In this document: in pieces, positions 61,231 to 64,000 of the stretch
How the letters are laid out: the number at the start of each line of letters is the position of its first letter
Numbering within the stretch: position 1 is the first letter of the stretch
Assembly (NCBI RefSeq): GCF_018977255.1
Contig: NW_024704742.1
Coordinates: 130,512,001-130,576,000, forward strand
Reading direction: 5' to 3'
From: Callorhinchus milii
Taxonomy: Eukaryota
DNA length: 64,000 nucleotides
Notes under the pieces: model-generated
The model's database searches: none
Told to the model about the DNA's origin: nothing
What the model saw: the letters and a program-made list of their open reading frames with translations, nothing else
Translations under genes and position numbers: made by a program

Positions 61231-61440
61231 ATAAAAACAGAAGTTGCTGGTCAGAGAGGAAAAGTGAGAGAGAGGAAAGTGAGTTAACGTTTCAGGTGGA
61301 TGACTTTTCGTCAGACCTTTTAGGTCATCGACCTGAAACGTTAACTCACTTTCCTCTCTTCGTGGATTCTGCCTGACCTGCTGTGTGTTTCCAGCGACTT
61401 CTGCTTTTATTTCAGATTTCCAGTATCTGCAGTATTTTGC
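61231..61440. mobile_element. Penelope-like element remnant in inverted (palindromic) arrangement
   Basis: 36-nt arms 61269-61304 and 61324-61359 with one mismatch; outer arms 61231-61250 and 61391-61410 (18/20). Sequence gacctgaaacgttaactc...gcctgacctgctg...ttccagc resembles shark Penelope-type repeats (from memory). Confidence 0.65.
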
Positions 61441-64000
61441 CTTATGGAAAAGTATTATATTGTTTGTTTTATTCAGGGATGACTAAATTGCAGCACGGTG
61501 AACACATTACAATAGTCACACGATCCACAAGTTGGCCATCCCTGGTTTTAGGCATCATACCTATACTGTGTCTGTAAAATAAGAAAACATTTTAAATCTT
61601 TATTCGTCTGCCAATTTCTCTGTTGCTACAGAGAGTAAAAACAGGTATTTTAGCTTCCCCCAAAAGGCAGGGGTTCAATAGAGACTGTGGCCAAATTTGC
61701 AAGAATGTGTGTCATAGTAGTGTGCCTTGTTAATCACACACAGTTAGCAAGATATGTCAGTGTGTTGATTGGTCTAGATCTGTCCAAAAGAGACAAGATC
61801 ATAACAATTCAATTGGGCCGTCAAAAATCATTGCGCACTTGTTAGGTTACATACTAAGAGCCAGCAAGAAATCATGGGTCATGGGAAAAGATCACATTTC
61901 AGCAAATTTCATTGCCCCACCCGAATAGGACACAACAAGCACGGGTAAAATCACACAGACATTTTCAGTCCAGTAACTCATCAGATGCTTCCATTGTTCA
62001 CACAAGCCTGGACAGTGTGCAGGAATAATTTAACTGTTAAGTATCATGCTGACTCTCGCTCAAAATCCATTCAGATTTGCTGGAGCGAATGGACAGAGAA
62101 CATGGACTGCTGCTTTTCCTTCTCCTACTTCTCTCCTCTTCCCTTCTCGCTTCTTCTTCCTTCCCCCCCCCCCCACCTTCTAACCACTCCTTTCCTGCCA
62201 ACTCTATCTGCCTCTTTCCTCCTCTCCTTTCCGCCCCGCTTCATGTCTACCCCCTCCTCCACCAAATAAATTCATATTTTTATAGAACCTTTACATTAGG
62301 AGGAAGTCCCAAAGCATTGGACAGTGCACCTCAGATGGGGGTGGGAGCTGAGAGGGTTGGGGGCCAGGAAGGATGACCAAAGGCACAATCAAATAGGAAG
62401 GTCTTGAGGAGGACCTTGAAGAAGGAAAGGGACAAGTTGCAAATCCAGGATGGGGGCAGATAGGCTAAAGGCCCAACAATGCCATTAGGGCAGGTAAGAC
62501 TAGAGATCAAAACTTCTCCAATGTAGAAGAAATTTTATAGCACATGATCATCAAGCTGATGCGGTTTACGTAAATTACTGTCAAGTGCAACAAGATAAAT
62601 ATTATATAAACGTAGCATCACAAAACATACAGAAAACATACAAACACTACAGTTCACAGTATATCTTGTGAACGCTGATACATCCTCTTGATGTGAAACG
62701 CACTATACCAAATGAAAGGATTATAAATAATAAATTTCTTCTTTGATTACACAGTGTGTACGTAATCTCTTTCAGTTGCTGTTTTACCAAATGGCTTATA
62801 TTCTCAACAACATCTTGCACTTCTATATCACCCTTCATGTAGAACAACATATTGTGAGTGCTTCACAAGAACTGGGTCAGAACAACAACATACATTTATA
62901 TAGCGTTCCTCACAGAGAGTAGGGTCTCAGGTGATGGTGTGGACCTTGAATTTAATCTATTGGGAGACAGTAGAGCCTAGTGCAATCTCAGTAGTATCCA
63001 TCTTACTTTTAATCATAGCAAACTTAACTTCTCACTTTACAAGCATGACCCAAGAGTTAATCAAAAGTTAAATTACTGTTTCAGTGAATTATTTACACAA
63101 CTATTTTACAAAATCGCACAATACTAATTGACAGCTCACAAGAGAATTATACATAGAGAAATTGTTCCCTTTTACTGATTAATATGATGATCTATGGCTC
63201 TGTAACTTATCTGTGCACGTCCATTCCGACCTCAAATCACATTCATGGAAGTAGAACAAGGAACTCAAATCTGAATTGCTTTCCCACAGGCACAGAATTT
63301 ATGGCAAAACTACCTTTGCCTTTGGTACCAACTGATGTCAATCAATTAAATAGCTCATATTTACTCATTGCAAAAGTATTCAGTCATTTCACTTTACAGT
63401 ATATTCTGTGAAGCGCTTTGAGTATATCTCGAAGCAGTGATAAGGCGCTATATCAAATGCAAGTATTATTATTACTACGGAAATATGCTTAGACTTGCGA
63501 CCAGTTCATTGCAATCGCTATAAATTGTATGCAAATTCTGTAGCACGAGTGCATAACAAGTGCAACATTGAGAATAAATTACCCTTGAATACATTCCCAA
63601 GCTATCATCAGTTATATATCTTCACTTTTCTCCTCTCCCTCATTTGCTTTTCTGTTCAAATTTTGGCATTGTAATTTTCACCTTCCAATACCATTTTCAG
63701 TATATCTACTCTAGTTGCCAAGTTTTTGCCCGTGCATGATATGAAGGAAGATCTTACAAAACCAACACCAGTTAATGACTACTAGAATCACTTTGCAGGT
63801 ATTAAACTCTTATTATTAAACTCTTTTGATGCATGTATGATGTATTCAGTTCTTCTTGAAAAATGAGACATCATGTAGCCTTTAGCTTTTATCAATGTAA
63901 AAAGTATATCTTGATGCTAAAGATCCTCAGTCACAATCAGATCACTAAACTTGAAAATATATACTTTTTGGAGTATTGTAATGATATTACCATTTGGTCA

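Noticed and set aside
61561..61571. 11-nt minus-strand micro-exon (ttttacag|ACACAGTATAG|gtatga) in the UBAP1 5' region
   Set aside because: Splice-like signals only, no ATG or homology; cannot be distinguished from chance.

Overview
Vertebrate genomic DNA. The repeat content (abundant L2 and CR1 LINE fragments, tRNA-headed and Deu-domain SINEs, a Penelope-like inverted repeat) suggests a cartilaginous fish (inference). The window holds the NUDT2-KIF24-UBAP1 block, syntenic with human 9p13.3. NUDT2 (minus strand; only its first coding exon, 2621-2756, is visible) is head-to-head with KIF24 across a CpG-rich, CCAAT-rich bidirectional promoter (about 2760-3480). KIF24 (plus strand, kinesin-13 family with N-terminal SAM domain) has 12 coding exons from 5547 to 28504. 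UBAP1 (minus strand, ESCRT-I subunit with UMA and SOUBA domains) has five recognisable coding exons from 49003 to 33147, tail-to-tail with KIF24; its first coding exon was not confidently found. Most remaining ORFs in the supplied track are decayed L2 reverse-transcriptase fragments or noise. Most notable observations: an apparent 1-nt deletion frameshift in KIF24 at about 9265, a Penelope-like palindrome with a degenerate hammerhead core (61231-61440), a duplicated 3' splice-site region around a UBAP1 exon, a modular SINE/L2 system sharing one 3' stem-loop, and an unclassified dispersed repeat family. I did not find a convincing wholly novel biological system. Repeat boundaries are approximate.
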